Shown one piece after another: positions 33,854-44,334 of a stretch of 64,000 nt of DNA. Made by a program: the position numbers and the translations under genes. The DNA comes from an uncultured delta proteobacterium. Its GTDB lineage: Bacteria; Myxococcota_A; Polyangia; Fen-1088. How positions within the stretch are numbered: the stretch's first letter is position 1; the number at the start of each line of letters is the position of its first letter. The notes under the pieces are model-generated. The model was not told the origin of the DNA, did no database searches, and saw only the letters and a list, made by a program, of their open reading frames with translations. Where the stretch lies: assembly GCA_963767925.1 (NCBI GenBank), contig CAVYGB010000010.1:192001-256000 (forward strand), given 5' to 3'.

Positions 33854-36800
33854 ATGGCGACCCCCGCAGCCGGCAACAACGCCTATTTTGCTCTCGTTCG
33901 ACGGAACGCTCGTCCGGGCACCTGGTCCGCGGGGGTGACCCTGCAGCGATCGGGCGCGGTCGCCGTGCAATCGCGCGAGGAGGAGGAGATCGTGCTGCGC
34001 GTGCGGGTCCCCGGGCGGCCGGTCGCGGTCACGGTGGTGCTTTACCCGGGTGAGCGGGAGTGGGACTGCGACTGTGCCGGCCGCGTCAGCCCCTGCGAGC
34101 ACGTGGCGGCGGCCGTGATCGCCCTGTCCGGGGGCGAGGGCGACGTGGCCCAGGCTGCGGCGGTGGCCGCGCCCACCGCGGTGGCGAGCTGGGGCCGGAT
34201 CATCTACCGGTTCACCCGCACCGGGGAGGGCCTGCGGCTGCGCCGCTTCATCGCCGCCGGGGACGGGCCGGAGAAGCCCCTCGGCGGCACCCTCTCGGCC
34301 CTGCTGGCGCAGCCGGCTCTGGCCAGGACGGTCCAGCCCGAGCAGCACGACCTCAGGGCCGACCTCTTGCTCGAGGCCGGCGCGGGCGGCGTGTTGCCGC
34401 CCAGCAAGCTGGACGCCCTCCTCAAGGTCATGGTGGGAGCCCGCGACGTGATGGTCGACGGCCAGCCGGTGGTCATCGTCGAGGAGCTGGTGCTGCCCCA
34501 GGCGGTCATCGAGGACCTCGGCGGAGACATCCAGGTGACCATCGGACGGGACCCCCGGGTCGTCGAGGTCGTGAGCCCGGCGGTGGCCCTGTGCAGCGAC
34601 GGGACGCTGGCCCGGCTGGGCGAGGCCGAGCTGTGCGGGGGCTGGCTGCAGAACCTGCCGATCCGCAACCGCTACCGGGCGGCCGAGAGCGCCGAGCTGG
34701 TGACCCGGGTGCTCCCCGATCTGAGCCGCCGCATGGGGGTCGAGGTGCGCAGCCGGCGCCTGCCCCCCGTGGTGCGCGACCTCGAGCCGCGCCTCTCGCT
34801 CGACCTGCAGCACCTCGACGGGGGCAGCCTCTCGGTCCTGCCCACCCTCGTCTACGGCTCGCCCCCCTGCGTCCGGATCGACGAGGGCAAGATGATCCAC
34901 CTCCGCGGCCCGGTGCCGGTGCGAGCCCCCGACCGGGAGCGCCGGCTGGTCGAGCGGCTCCGCGACGAGCTCAACCTGATGCCCGGCCGGCGCGCCCGCT
35001 TCGAGGGCACGGAGGTGGGCCTGTTCGCCGAGAAGCTGCGCCGCTTCCGGGGCAGCTTGACCGGCGAGGCGGCCGGGATCGTGGGGACGCGGGCTCGACT
35101 CGCCCCCCGGCTGTCGGTGGAGGACGTCGCCGGCGGGGGCGATGCGGTCCGCTTCGATCTGCGGTTCGAGGTTGTCGGCGACAGCGGCAGCCCCCCGCCG
35201 GCCGGCGCCGGCCGCTTCCTCGACGCCGCCGCGGTGGTCCGCGCCTGGCAAGAGGGGCTGGGGTTGTGCCCGATCGAGGGTGGCGGCTGGGCCCCGCTGC
35301 CGATGCAGTGGCTGGCCAAACATGGCCAGCGGCTGGCCGACCTGCTGGCGGCCCGCGAGGCCGACGGCCGGGTCGCCACCCACGCCCTGCCGGCGCTCGG
35401 TCTCCTGTGCGACGACCTCGAGCAGCCGCCCCCGCCCAGCCTGCAGAAGCTGGTGCCGCTGCTGGCCACCTGGGAGGAGCTCCCCGTCGCCGAGCTGCCC
35501 GACACCTTCACCGGCACCTTGCGGCCTTATCAGCAGCGGGGGGTCGACTGGCTGACCTTCCTGCGGCGGGCCGGCCTGGGCGGGATGCTCGCCGACGACA
35601 TGGGCCTCGGCAAGACCATCCAGGCCCTCGCGGTGTTGCGCCGGGGGGAGAAGACCCTCGTCGTCTGCCCGACCAGCGTGTTGCCCAACTGGCAAGCCGA
35701 GCTGAGCCGCTTCCGGCCGGACCTGCAGGTCTGCGCCTACCACGGCAGCGGCCGCAAGCTCGACCCCGCCGCCGACGTCGTGCTCACCACCTACGCGCTG
35801 CTGCGCCTCGACTCCGAGCGACTGGCCGGGCCCGGCCGGCGCTGGAACCTGGTGATCGTCGACGAGGCCCAGACCATCAAGAACCCCGACAGCCAGGTGG
35901 CGCGCGCCGCCTACGCCATCGAGAGCGACACGCGGCTGGCCCTCACCGGCACCCCGGTCGAGAACCGGCTCGACGAGCTCTGGAGCATCTTCCACTTCTC
36001 CAACCGGGGCCTGCTCGGCGGCCGGCGCGACTTCGAGGAGCGCTTCGCCCGGCCCATCGCGGAGGGGGTGAAGGGCGCCGGCGAGGAGCTGCGTCGCGAG
36101 ATCAAGCCCTTCGTCCTCCGCCGTCACAAGCGCGAGGTCGCCCCCGAGCTGCCGCCGCGCACCGAGTCGGTGCTGCGGGTGGCGCTCGACGACCGCGAGC
36201 GCGAGCTGTACGACGCGGTCCGCGCGGCTACCCGCGCCGATCTGGTGGCCCTGCTCGAGGGCGGCGGCGGCGTGATGAAGGCCCTCGAGGCGCTGCTGCG
36301 CCTGCGCCAGGCGGCCTGCCACCCGGGCCTGCTCCCCGGCCAGGAGGCGCGCACGTCGAGCAAGCTGGAGCGGCTCGTCGAGGCGCTCGAGCTGGCGGCG
36401 GTGGAGGGCCACAAGGCGCTCGTGTTCTCGCAGTGGACCTCGCTGCTCGATCTCATCGAGCCCCACCTGCAGGCGGCCGGGTTGACCTTCGTGCGGCTCG
36501 ACGGCTCGACCCGCGACCGGGGCGAGGTTGTCGAGCGCTTCCAGTCGGAGGCGGGGCCCCCGGTCATGTTGATCTCGCTCAAGGCCGGCGGCATCGGGCT
36601 GAACCTCACCGCGGCCGATCACGTGTTCCTGTGCGACCCCTGGTGGAACCCGGCCGTCGAGGCCCAGGCCGCCGACCGGGCCCACCGGATCGGACAGGAC
36701 AAGCCGGTCATGGTCTACCGCCTGGTGGCCACCGACACCGTCGAGGAGCGCATCGTCGCGCTGCAAGAGCAGAAGCGGGCCCTGTTCGACGCCGCCCTCG

Positions 36801-36859
36801 GCGACGCCGGCGCGGCCGCCGGCCTCACCCGCGACGACCTGCTGCAGCTCCTGGCCTGA
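33854..36859 (+). CDS. SWIM zinc finger / SNF2 family helicase
   Basis: CDC...CEHVAA (SWIM); [56 protein letters not shown]. Confidence 0.95.
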   Translation: MATPAAGNNAYFALVRRNARPGTWSAGVTLQRSGAVAVQSREEEEIVLRVRVPGRPVAVTVVLYPGEREWDCDCAGRVSPCEHVAAAVIALSGGEGDVAQAAAVAAPTAVASWGRIIYRFTRTGEGLRLRRFIAAGDGPEKPLGGTLSALLAQPALARTVQPEQHDLRADLLLEAGAGGVLPPSKLDALLKVMVGARDVMVDGQPVVIVEELVLPQAVIEDLGGDIQVTIGRDPRVVEVVSPAVALCSDGTLARLGEAELCGGWLQNLPIRNRYRAAESAELVTRVLPDLSRRMGVEVRSRRLPPVVRDLEPRLSLDLQHLDGGSLSVLPTLVYGSPPCVRIDEGKMIHLRGPVPVRAPDRERRLVERLRDELNLMPGRRARFEGTEVGLFAEKLRRFRGSLTGEAAGIVGTRARLAPRLSVEDVAGGGDAVRFDLRFEVVGDSGSPPPAGAGRFLDAAAVVRAWQEGLGLCPIEGGGWAPLPMQWLAKHGQRLADLLAAREADGRVATHALPALGLLCDDLEQPPPPSLQKLVPLLATWEELPVAELPDTFTGTLRPYQQRGVDWLTFLRRAGLGGMLADDMGLGKTIQALAVLRRGEKTLVVCPTSVLPNWQAELSRFRPDLQVCAYHGSGRKLDPAADVVLTTYALLRLDSERLAGPGRRWNLVIVDEAQTIKNPDSQVARAAYAIESDTRLALTGTPVENRLDELWSIFHFSNRGLLGGRRDFEERFARPIAEGVKGAGEELRREIKPFVLRRHKREVAPELPPRTESVLRVALDDRERELYDAVRAATRADLVALLEGGGGVMKALEALLRLRQAACHPGLLPGQEARTSSKLERLVEALELAAVEGHKALVFSQWTSLLDLIEPHLQAAGLTFVRLDGSTRDRGEVVERFQSEAGPPVMLISLKAGGIGLNLTAADHVFLCDPWWNPAVEAQAADRAHRIGQDKPVMVYRLVATDTVEERIVALQEQKRALFDAALGDAGAAAGLTRDDLLQLLA

Positions 36860-36880
36860 CCCCGACGCTCGGGGCTGTGC

Positions 36881-37279
36881 TCAGCCCCGGCGGCGCTGGG
36901 TGAGGGCGGCGGAGTTGATGCAATAGCGGAGGCCGCCCGGCGCCGGTCCGTCGGGGAAGACGTGGCCGAGGTGCCCGCCGCAGCGGCTACAGTGCACCTC
37001 CACCCGCATCATGCCGAGCGCGGTGTCCCGCTCGGTGCCGAGGGCCTCACCGGCGACCGGCTGAGAGAAGCTCGGCCAGCCGGTGCCAGAGTCGAACTTC
37101 GTCTCTGAATCGAACAGCTCCTGCCCGCAGCCGGCGCACAGATACTGAGCTGCATCGTGGCTGTCCCAGAAGGCACCGGTGAACGCGCGCTCGGTCCCCT
37201 TCTCTCGCAGCACCTTGTACTGCTCGGGGGTGAGGGAGGCCCGCCACTCCTGGTCGCTCTTTTTGACCTTCTCGGACAT
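36881..37279 (-). CDS. msrB: Peptide-methionine (R)-S-oxide reductase
   Basis: [43 protein letters not shown]. Confidence 0.97.
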   Translation of the reverse strand: MSEKVKKSDQEWRASLTPEQYKVLREKGTERAFTGAFWDSHDAAQYLCAGCGQELFDSETKFDSGTGWPSFSQPVAGEALGTERDTALGMMRVEVHCSRCGGHLGHVFPDGPAPGGLRYCINSAALTQRRRG

Positions 37280-37414
37280 CGATCACAGATATTAGCCTGG
37301 GTTTTTGCCTGGGGCGCGAAGCTGTGACATGGACAGACCAGCGCGAGAACAACTATCGTGCCCGCACCCACTCAGGCCCCCGCAGAACGGACAGAGAGAG
37401 GAAGGAAGGCTCCG

Positions 37415-37900
37415 ATGGTTTTCGAGCGGGCCCCCTACGGGTCAGGGATCGCGATCGCGCTGCTGGCCGTCTGGCTGGCGGCGGGCTGCGCAGAATCCGC
37501 GGGCCCCGGCCCCGACGGCGCCCCCTCCGGCCTGGATGCCACCGCCTCGGCCAGCGACGCCGGGACGCGGCCCACCGACGCCGAACCGGAGCCAGAGCCC
37601 GACGCCGCGCCCCGTCCGCTGCCCGACGCCGCGCCCGCCACCTCGTGCGCGGGGATCCGCAACTGCATCGTCCGCTGTCAGCTCGACACAACCTGCGCTC
37701 AGCGCTGCGTCGACCAGGCGGCGGCGCCAGCGCGGACCGGCTACCAGCAGATCGTCACCTGCAGCCGGCAAGTCTGCGCGGCCGACGACATCAACTGCCG
37801 GTGCGAGCGCGAATGTCAGGGAGGGGGCGAATGTCTGGATCTCGTCGATGGCTGCCGGGGTGTGGAAGAGGATCTGTTCTGCGACGAGCTCTGCATGTGA
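37415..37900 (+). CDS. Cys-rich lipoprotein
   Basis: Lipobox LAAGC, Asp/Ala/Pro linker, helical Cys-rich domain with repeated CxxxC pairs. Confidence 0.75.
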   Translation: MVFERAPYGSGIAIALLAVWLAAGCAESAGPGPDGAPSGLDATASASDAGTRPTDAEPEPEPDAAPRPLPDAAPATSCAGIRNCIVRCQLDTTCAQRCVDQAAAPARTGYQQIVTCSRQVCAADDINCRCERECQGGGECLDLVDGCRGVEEDLFCDELCM

Positions 37901-37909
37901 GGCAGGGCG

Positions 37910-39715
37910 GTGAGCGATAGATACCCTCTGCGGCTCGGCCCCTTCGTGGTCGTGGCCCGGCTGATCGAGGAGGCGGTGCCGGAGATCGGGCTGGCCTTCT
38001 CCCGTCGGGCGCGGCGGGTCCGCCCCTGCCTGCTCAAACACGTCCGCCTGGCCAAGAGCGGCTCGGAGGATCTCCAGGCCGCCTTCCAGCGGGCCAGCCG
38101 GCTGAGCCGCCGCCTGTCGCACGCCAGCCTGGCCCGCGCCTTCGCGGTCGGTCGCCTCGAGGGCCGTCTGTTCGTGGCCGAGGCGTTCCGGCCCGGCGTG
38201 TTGCTCTCCCAGCTTCCCCCGGCCGCCATGCCGGCCGCTACCGCCGCCCACATCGCCCGGGAGATCGCCTCCGCCCTGGTCTTCTTGCACGGCTTCGACG
38301 GCGGCCTTTGCCACCGGCGGCTGAGCCCCGAGCAGATCCTGCTGAGCTTCCGGGGCGAGGTGCGGGTGCTCGACGGTCCCTTCGCCGGCCCGGTAAAGCC
38401 CGGCGAGGCGCCCTTCGCCCGCGCCATGCGCCCGAGCCTGCGCTACGTGCCCCCGGAGATCGCGGTGGGCGGCACGGGCGACGCCCGCTCGGACCTGTAC
38501 ATGCTCGGCGTCCTGCTGTGGGAGATGCTGGCCGGCCGCACCTACGAGAGCGCCTTCGGCGGGTGGGGCGGCCGCGAGCTGCCCCGACTGGAGGCCGAGA
38601 TCCCGGCGCCCCTGCGCGAGCTGGTGGCGCGGATGCTGGCCGCCGATCCCGCCGATCGGCCCGCCCGCGCTGACGACGTCCGCAAGGCCCTGGGGCGCTT
38701 CTCCCCCTGGGGCTGGGGCGGCCGCCGGGCGGTGGCGGCCATGATCGCCGGCTCGGTCGACGTCCGCCAGCAGCTCACCCAGCTCCGCCGCTGGCAGGCG
38801 GAGGCCCGGGCCCTCCTGCCCCGCCGCGAGCCCGATCGGGAGGGGGCGTCGGCGGGTGGATCGCGCGCCCACGCCCGGGAAGGCCTGCTCTCCCGCCGCC
38901 TGCTGATCCCGGCCGCCCTCGGCGCGATCGGGATGACCGGCGTCCTGCTGACCTGGCAGCCGCGCGAGGCCCCCCCACCCGCTTCGCCAGCGCCGCTTAC
39001 CGACAGCACGGCGGCGCCCGCGCCCGCCGCCGGCGAACCTCCGCCCGCCTTCGAACGGACCGCGGCCGAGTCCCCGCCCCTGCCCGCGCCGCCCGCCGGC
39101 GATCCCCCGCCCGCCAGCGCGCCGCCCGCGACCGGGCCCCCACCCCTGTCCGCGCCGCCCACCGGCGATCCCCCGCCCGCCAGCGCGCCGCCCGCGACCG
39201 GGCCCCCACCCCTGTCCGCGCCGCCCACCGGCAATCCCCCGCCCGCCAGCGCGCGCGCCGCTCGGCCCGCCCCTCCCGCGGAGCCGGCCGCAGCCAGCCC
39301 CCCGCCGGCGAGCGAGCCGGCTGCAGCCACGCTCCCACCGGTGGCCGGGCCGCCGGTCGCCGGCACGGCCTCCCCCGGGGTCGAGGTGGCTCCCACCACG
39401 CCCGGGCGGCCGCGACGCGACACCGCCGTCTCGCCCCCGGCGGGGGCGCAGGCGCGGGGCGACGATCTGCTCGCGAGCGCCGAGGTGCGGTTCCAGTGGC
39501 GCGACTTCGATGCCGCGGAACGTCTGGTGCGCGCGGCGATGACCGAGCTGCCCGCGAGCCCGCGCCCGCACTACCTGCTCGGTCTGGTGCTGCTGGCCCG
39601 GGGCGAAGCGTCGGAGGCGGCCGTCGCCTTCGCCCGCACCATCGACATCGAGCCGGGCTATTCGGACGCCGCCCGCAAGCTGCGGATCGCACAGGAGCGC
39701 GCCTCGATCAAATAA
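37910..39715 (+). CDS. Membrane pseudokinase with Pro-rich stalk and C-terminal TPR
   Basis: Kinase fold kept (YVPPE, DARSDLYMLG, WEML) but Gly loop lost, HRD->HRR, DFG->DGP; TM; TPR (PRPHYLLG...AFARTIDIEPGY). Confidence 0.85.
   Translation: MSDRYPLRLGPFVVVARLIEEAVPEIGLAFSRRARRVRPCLLKHVRLAKSGSEDLQAAFQRASRLSRRLSHASLARAFAVGRLEGRLFVAEAFRPGVLLSQLPPAAMPAATAAHIAREIASALVFLHGFDGGLCHRRLSPEQILLSFRGEVRVLDGPFAGPVKPGEAPFARAMRPSLRYVPPEIAVGGTGDARSDLYMLGVLLWEMLAGRTYESAFGGWGGRELPRLEAEIPAPLRELVARMLAADPADRPARADDVRKALGRFSPWGWGGRRAVAAMIAGSVDVRQQLTQLRRWQAEARALLPRREPDREGASAGGSRAHAREGLLSRRLLIPAALGAIGMTGVLLTWQPREAPPPASPAPLTDSTAAPAPAAGEPPPAFERTAAESPPLPAPPAGDPPPASAPPATGPPPLSAPPTGDPPPASAPPATGPPPLSAPPTGNPPPASARAARPAPPAEPAAASPPPASEPAAATLPPVAGPPVAGTASPGVEVAPTTPGRPRRDTAVSPPAGAQARGDDLLASAEVRFQWRDFDAAERLVRAAMTELPASPRPHYLLGLVLLARGEASEAAVAFARTIDIEPGYSDAARKLRIAQERASIK
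39072..39252 (+). repeat. 66-bp coding tandem repeat (~2.7 copies)
   Basis: Encodes PPPL(P/S)APP(A/T)G(D/N)PPPASAPPATG; copies nearly identical. Confidence 0.85.
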
Positions 39716-39771
39716 CGGACCGGGCGAAAATTAGACCGATCCGATCCTTCGGGTAGGATGCGGCAGCGTAC

Positions 39772-40617
39772 TTGACCACCAAACGTTGCCGCAGGGAATC
39801 TCGTTCGCGCGCCTGGGCCGTCGGCGCGCTGGCCATCTCGACCGTGCTGGGGTCGGCCGCGCAGGCGCAGCCCCGCCTGGTTGTCGTCGACGTCAGCCCG
39901 GAGGCGCTGCCGGCCCCCTACGAGAACCTGAAGCTGGGCGAGGAGCTGCGCCGCGCGCTCGAGGGCGCCGGTTGCCCGGTGGCCCGCACCTGCACCAGCG
40001 AGGACTGCGCCCGCGGCGACGGCCTGCACGTCCTGTCGTTCGACCTGCGCTACGATCGCAAGGAGTTCGCCTGCTCGTTTTCCCTCGAGGTTCGCGACGG
40101 CCCCGGCGGACGCGTCGAATACCGGGAGAAGGCCAGCAGCCCGGTCTGCCCCGCCGCCGAGGCGCTCGACGACAGCCGGCGCGCCGCCCGGCTGGCCTGC
40201 GGTGAGCTGCGCAAGACCACCATGGGCCAGACCGCGTCGGCCGCGGCCGATCCGGGCTCGCCGCCGCCCGCCGGCGGCAGCTCCGGCGAGCCGTCGTTCC
40301 TGCACCTCCCCGCGGTGCCCCCCCGCGCCCTCGGCACGGCCATCGTGGCCACCGGCGCCGCGGCGGTGGTGGGCGGAGCGATCCTGCTCTACCTGCACGG
40401 AGAGCCGACCTCCTGCGCGCTCAGCCCGGACGGCGAGCAGGTCTGCACCCGGACCCGCCAGACCGCCCTGGCGGCGGTGCCCCTGCTGGTGGTGGGGGCG
40501 GCGGCCATCGGCTGGGGCTCCTGGAAGCTGATCGGCGCGCGCGACGAGGTCAGCCTCGATCGCCGGGTCACGGTCGGCATCGGCCGGGGCGGCGTCGTGG
40601 TGGGAGGTGGCTTCTGA
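39772..40617 (+). CDS. Exported protein with PEGA-protein-type C-terminus
   Basis: Signal ending AQA; Cys pairs; two hydrophobic helices around C..C loop; ends VVVGGGF; stop overlaps next ATG (TGATG). Confidence 0.75.
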   Translation: MTTKRCRRESRSRAWAVGALAISTVLGSAAQAQPRLVVVDVSPEALPAPYENLKLGEELRRALEGAGCPVARTCTSEDCARGDGLHVLSFDLRYDRKEFACSFSLEVRDGPGGRVEYREKASSPVCPAAEALDDSRRAARLACGELRKTTMGQTASAAADPGSPPPAGGSSGEPSFLHLPAVPPRALGTAIVATGAAAVVGGAILLYLHGEPTSCALSPDGEQVCTRTRQTALAAVPLLVVGAAAIGWGSWKLIGARDEVSLDRRVTVGIGRGGVVVGGGF

Positions 40618-42218
40618 TGCGGTCGCCGGTCCTGCTGGCGCTGGGCCTCGTGCTGCTGGGGCCCGGCTGCGGCGAGCGGCTGCGGCCCGGCTTCTGCGAA
40701 AAACCCGAGGACTGCTCGGGCGGCGAGCTGTGCGACCTCGAGGGCCGGGTGGCGTTCCGACGCTGCGTCGCCATGGGCGACGGCGGCGCCGATCCGCGCG
40801 ACGCGGCCGCCCCCTCGGAGGACGGGCCGGGAGGCTCGATCGATCCGGTCCCGGGCAGTGTGGATCCCGCCGCCCCCGACGCCTCGATCGCCTGTGGTCC
40901 CGACCAGCTCTGCCCGCCCGATCGGCCCCAGTGCGCCGCGGGCCAGTGTGTGGCCTGCACCGCCGACGACCAGTGCACCGACCCCGCCCGGGGCGCCTGC
41001 TCGGGCAACGTGTGCGTCGACTGCCGCGCCGCCGGTCCGGCCGCTTGCACCGGCGCGGGCCGGGTCTGCGACCCGACCACCGGCGGCTGCGCCGAGTGCC
41101 TGGAGTCCGCCCAGTGCAAGACGCCGGGCAAGAGCTTCTGCGCCGGCAAGGTCTGCGTCGGTTGCCAGGAGGCCGGTCCCGGGGCCTGCCAGGCGCCGAC
41201 CGCGGTCTGTGATCCCGGCAGCGGCGCCTGCGTCGCGTGCACCGCCAGCAGCTCCTGCGCCGACCCCCGCGCCCCCCTGTGCGAAGGCAACCGCTGCGTC
41301 GCCTGCACGATGGCCGCCCCCGGTACCTGCGCCAGCCTCGACCCGGCCCGATCGGTCTGTGCGCCCGACGGCGCCTGCGTCGCGTGCAACAGCAGCCCCG
41401 ATTGCACCGCCGACGCCAGCAAGCCGATCTGCCTCGATAGGGTCTGCGTGGGCTGCACCAGCGACGCCCAGTGCGCCCTGAAGCTGGGGGCCAACCCCGG
41501 CGTCTGCCTGCGCCACCTGGGAGGCCGTTGCGCCACCGACGCCGAGACGATCTATGTCCAGGACGGGGCCACCTGCGGCACCGCGGGCACCTCCGCCGCT
41601 CCCCTCTGCACGCCCGAGACGGCGCTGTCGATGCTGAGCGCCACCCGGGAGGTCGTCGTGGTGCGGGGGCTGGTGGGCGGGTTCGCCTGGAACGACATGG
41701 CGATGGGCCAGCGGGCGTCGATCATCGGCCAGGCCGGGGCGGTGTTCGCGGGGGGCGTCCGTCCGGGCGTGCGCCTGTCGGGCCCCGGCGACGTCTACCT
41801 GCGCGGAGTCACCGTGCGCAGCAGCGAGGTGGTCGGGATCGTCGCCCAGGCGGGCGCGACCCTGCGCCTCGACGGTGTTGTCGTCGACACCAATCGGGGC
41901 GGCGGCATCCTGCTCGACGGGGCCCGGTTCGACCTGCGCGACACCCTGGTGACCAACAACGGCGCCGGCGAGACCGGGGCCGTGATCTGGGGCGGCATCC
42001 TCGTACAGGCGGTGCCCGCCGGCGGGCCCAGCCGCCTCGAGCGGGTGAGCCTCATCGACAACCGGCAGATCGGGCTGACCTGCGACGGCCCGGTCGAAGG
42101 GGTCGGGGTCCACGCCCGGGGCAACGCCGGGGGGGTCGAGGTCGGCGCCCGCTGCGGGGTGACCGCTTGCCCGGCGCTGAACGCCACCTGCGGCAGCAGC
42201 GCCACCCCCTCGCCCTGA
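40617..42218 (+). CDS. Cys-rich-repeat lipoprotein with right-handed beta-helix domain
   Basis: Lipobox LGPGC; many CVxCxxxxxC repeats; IYV then beta-helix (NRGGGILL, LVTNNG, GGILV). Confidence 0.82.
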   Translation: MRSPVLLALGLVLLGPGCGERLRPGFCEKPEDCSGGELCDLEGRVAFRRCVAMGDGGADPRDAAAPSEDGPGGSIDPVPGSVDPAAPDASIACGPDQLCPPDRPQCAAGQCVACTADDQCTDPARGACSGNVCVDCRAAGPAACTGAGRVCDPTTGGCAECLESAQCKTPGKSFCAGKVCVGCQEAGPGACQAPTAVCDPGSGACVACTASSSCADPRAPLCEGNRCVACTMAAPGTCASLDPARSVCAPDGACVACNSSPDCTADASKPICLDRVCVGCTSDAQCALKLGANPGVCLRHLGGRCATDAETIYVQDGATCGTAGTSAAPLCTPETALSMLSATREVVVVRGLVGGFAWNDMAMGQRASIIGQAGAVFAGGVRPGVRLSGPGDVYLRGVTVRSSEVVGIVAQAGATLRLDGVVVDTNRGGGILLDGARFDLRDTLVTNNGAGETGAVIWGGILVQAVPAGGPSRLERVSLIDNRQIGLTCDGPVEGVGVHARGNAGGVEVGARCGVTACPALNATCGSSATPSP

Positions 42219-42225
42219 CCGCGCC

Positions 42226-43065
42226 TCAGCCGACCCGGTCGAGCCGCCAGGTGGGGTCGACGCCGTGGCGCTGGCAGTCGGCCTCCCGGCCGACGCCGGT
42301 CAGCACGAAGGCGGAGTCGAGGCCGAAGTCCCGGGCGCCGCGGATGTCGGTGACGATCTGATCGCCCAGCATCACCACCCGGCGCAGGTCCTCGGTGGGG
42401 CTCACCCGCATGGCGGCCTCGAACATCGGGGCGTGGGGCTTTCCGAGGGGGACGAAGCGCAGCGAGCCCCCCGGCTCGCGGAGCTGCAAGATGCGCTCGA
42501 TCATCGCGGCGATCGACCCGGCGGTGATGCCGACGGCGTCGGGGCCGCTCGGGAAGAGCAGGTCGGGATTGGGTAGCAGGAGGTGGGTCGAGAGCCCGCG
42601 ATCGCAGCGCCCGAGCAGCACCGTGATCACCTGGTTGATCGTCGGCAGGAAGTCGTAGCCGTCGTCGTCGGCCACCACCACCACCTCGGCGGCCGGGTCG
42701 CTGGCCGCCACCGGCCGCCCCCCCGCCTGGCGGACGTATTCAGCCGAATCGTCGGTCCCGAGGACGATGGTGGGCGCGCCGGCCAGTCCGGCGGCGGCGT
42801 AGTGCGCGCGCAGCAGCGCCCCCGAGGTCAAGATCTGCTCGACCGCCAGGGGCAGCCCGAAGCCGCGGTAGCGCCGCCAGGAGGTCTCGGGGGAGCGGGA
42901 GGCGTCGTTGGACAGGATGAAGAAGCGCTTGCCCGCCGCCTGCAGACGCTCGAGGAACGCCACCGCGCCCGGCAAGGGGCCGCCCGAGCAGACCAGGACG
43001 CCGTAGGCATCCAGGAAGAAGACGTCGTAGCGCTCGACGAGCTCGGCCGGCGTGATGGTTTGCAT
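42226..43065 (-). CDS. HAD-IIA family hydrolase (NagD-like)
   Basis: FFLDAYGVL, LSNDA, NPD, GKPHAPMF, MLGDQIVTDIRGA, VLTGV. Confidence 0.92.
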   Translation of the reverse strand: MQTITPAELVERYDVFFLDAYGVLVCSGGPLPGAVAFLERLQAAGKRFFILSNDASRSPETSWRRYRGFGLPLAVEQILTSGALLRAHYAAAGLAGAPTIVLGTDDSAEYVRQAGGRPVAASDPAAEVVVVADDDGYDFLPTINQVITVLLGRCDRGLSTHLLLPNPDLLFPSGPDAVGITAGSIAAMIERILQLREPGGSLRFVPLGKPHAPMFEAAMRVSPTEDLRRVVMLGDQIVTDIRGARDFGLDSAFVLTGVGREADCQRHGVDPTWRLDRVG

Positions 43066-43072
43066 GGCGGGG

Positions 43073-43828
43073 TCAGATCCGTCGAACCCAGAGGTAAGGG
43101 GAGCCCGGGGGCGGCAGCAGCCGCACCACGAGCGGCGTTCCGCGCCCCACCGGTGCCTCACCCCGAGGTCCCACTTCACGCACGAGCACCCCGGCAACCT
43201 CCACGGTATCGCCGGCCCGGATAGCTACCTCACGCACGAAGGGAGGTAAACCCAAAAGCCAGGTGCGTTCGCACTGCCCACCCCGGCGCGCCAGCTCGGC
43301 CAGGTTGGGGCGGGTGATGCGGCGAGGGGGATCGTGCAGGCGGACCTGCCGGGCCTCGAGCTGGACGCTTTCGCCCGATGGCAAGCGGATGGCAAAGTCG
43401 AGGCCCCGGGTCTCGTCGGCGTAGGTCGTCACCGGCCGGCGGGAGGCCGCCCGCAGCAGGTAGATGGAACGGGCGAAGAGCGCCGGCTCGATCGCGCCCG
43501 GCGTCTCGAACCCGGCGCCGGGCGCCTCCACCCGTCCTCGCAGCCGGACCAGCTCGCCCCGATCCCGGGCGTGGGGCGGGGCCAGCCGCTCCCGTCGCGG
43601 GAGGGCGTCGAGCCGGGCCCGCCGCGCCAGGCGGCCCAGGCCCAGCGCGGCCCGGGCCACGTCGAGCACGGGGGTGAGGCCGGCCAGCAGGCGGAACACC
43701 TCGTCGGGCAGGGGGCGAATCCGCGAGTGGCTGCGCCGCTCGATGAGGCGTCCGCTCCCCGCGCGGGCCGGGGCACCGAGCGCCGGAGTCTCCGGTCGCC
43801 CGGGCGGATCCGATTCGTAGCCAGCCAT
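43073..43828 (-). CDS. Hypothetical protein, possibly GIDE-domain-like
   Basis: GELVRLRGRV...DFAIR...REVAIRAGDTVEVAGVL resembles bacterial GIDE-like beta domains; co-oriented with the HAD gene. Confidence 0.5.
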   Translation of the reverse strand: MAGYESDPPGRPETPALGAPARAGSGRLIERRSHSRIRPLPDEVFRLLAGLTPVLDVARAALGLGRLARRARLDALPRRERLAPPHARDRGELVRLRGRVEAPGAGFETPGAIEPALFARSIYLLRAASRRPVTTYADETRGLDFAIRLPSGESVQLEARQVRLHDPPRRITRPNLAELARRGGQCERTWLLGLPPFVREVAIRAGDTVEVAGVLVREVGPRGEAPVGRGTPLVVRLLPPPGSPYLWVRRI

Positions 43829-43997
43829 GCCCCTCGTTCGCTCCTCTCGACAGCCTCAACCTCAACAATGGCAGGAAAAAGATCCGCCCTCTATTGCAGC
43901 TCCATTGATCGCAAATCAGGGGACCAGGCCCGAACGCCGCAACACCCACACGAGGCCCCGACCCTGTAATGCCCCTGAAAATCCAATCAAGTCCAAC

Positions 43998-44027
43998 TTG
44001 ACAGGCGCTCAAAACCCGTGATTAAGT
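43998..44027 (+). promoter_or_regulatory. Sigma-70-type promoter upstream of TonB-dependent receptor
   Basis: Perfect TTGACA at 43998-44003; TG-a-TTAAGT -10 region 17-18 nt downstream; AT-rich context. Confidence 0.6.
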
Positions 44028-44334
44028 AGGGCTGGCCAAAAAAGGGCCGGATAGCCAAGGAGGTCTCCTAGGGGTCCAAACTCCGACCGAGGTGGGTGAG
44101 GGGCGAGCGTGCTGTGTCGGGTCGGTTTTGCAGGTGGACTGCCAGGCCGTCGACCGTCGGATGCCGCTCGGGATCGGGCTCGATCGCTCGTTTCTCTCCC
44201 GGAGCCGTCCAGAAACGCACAGGACAGCTGTTCGGTCGGTGGAGTCTCAAAACAGCCGGATGAACACGTGGGGTGAGGGTGCCGCGCTGTAGTTCAACGT
44301 GCGATGTGCGCGCCGTGATGAGGGAGAGAGGGAA

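Noticed and set aside
33854..36859. SNF2 helicase as part of an anti-phage system (DISARM/Zorya-like)
   Set aside because: SWIM-SNF2 architecture is the common stand-alone type, and no methylase, nuclease or other defence genes are adjacent.
37280..37414. SigR-type promoter upstream of msrB
   Set aside because: Looked for GGAAT-N18-GTT on the minus strand and found no match.
44029..44334. Cobalamin or TPP riboswitch call for the receptor leader
   Set aside because: I could not locate the B12-box/GGGAA or TPP CUGAGA consensus; kept only as an unclassified candidate.
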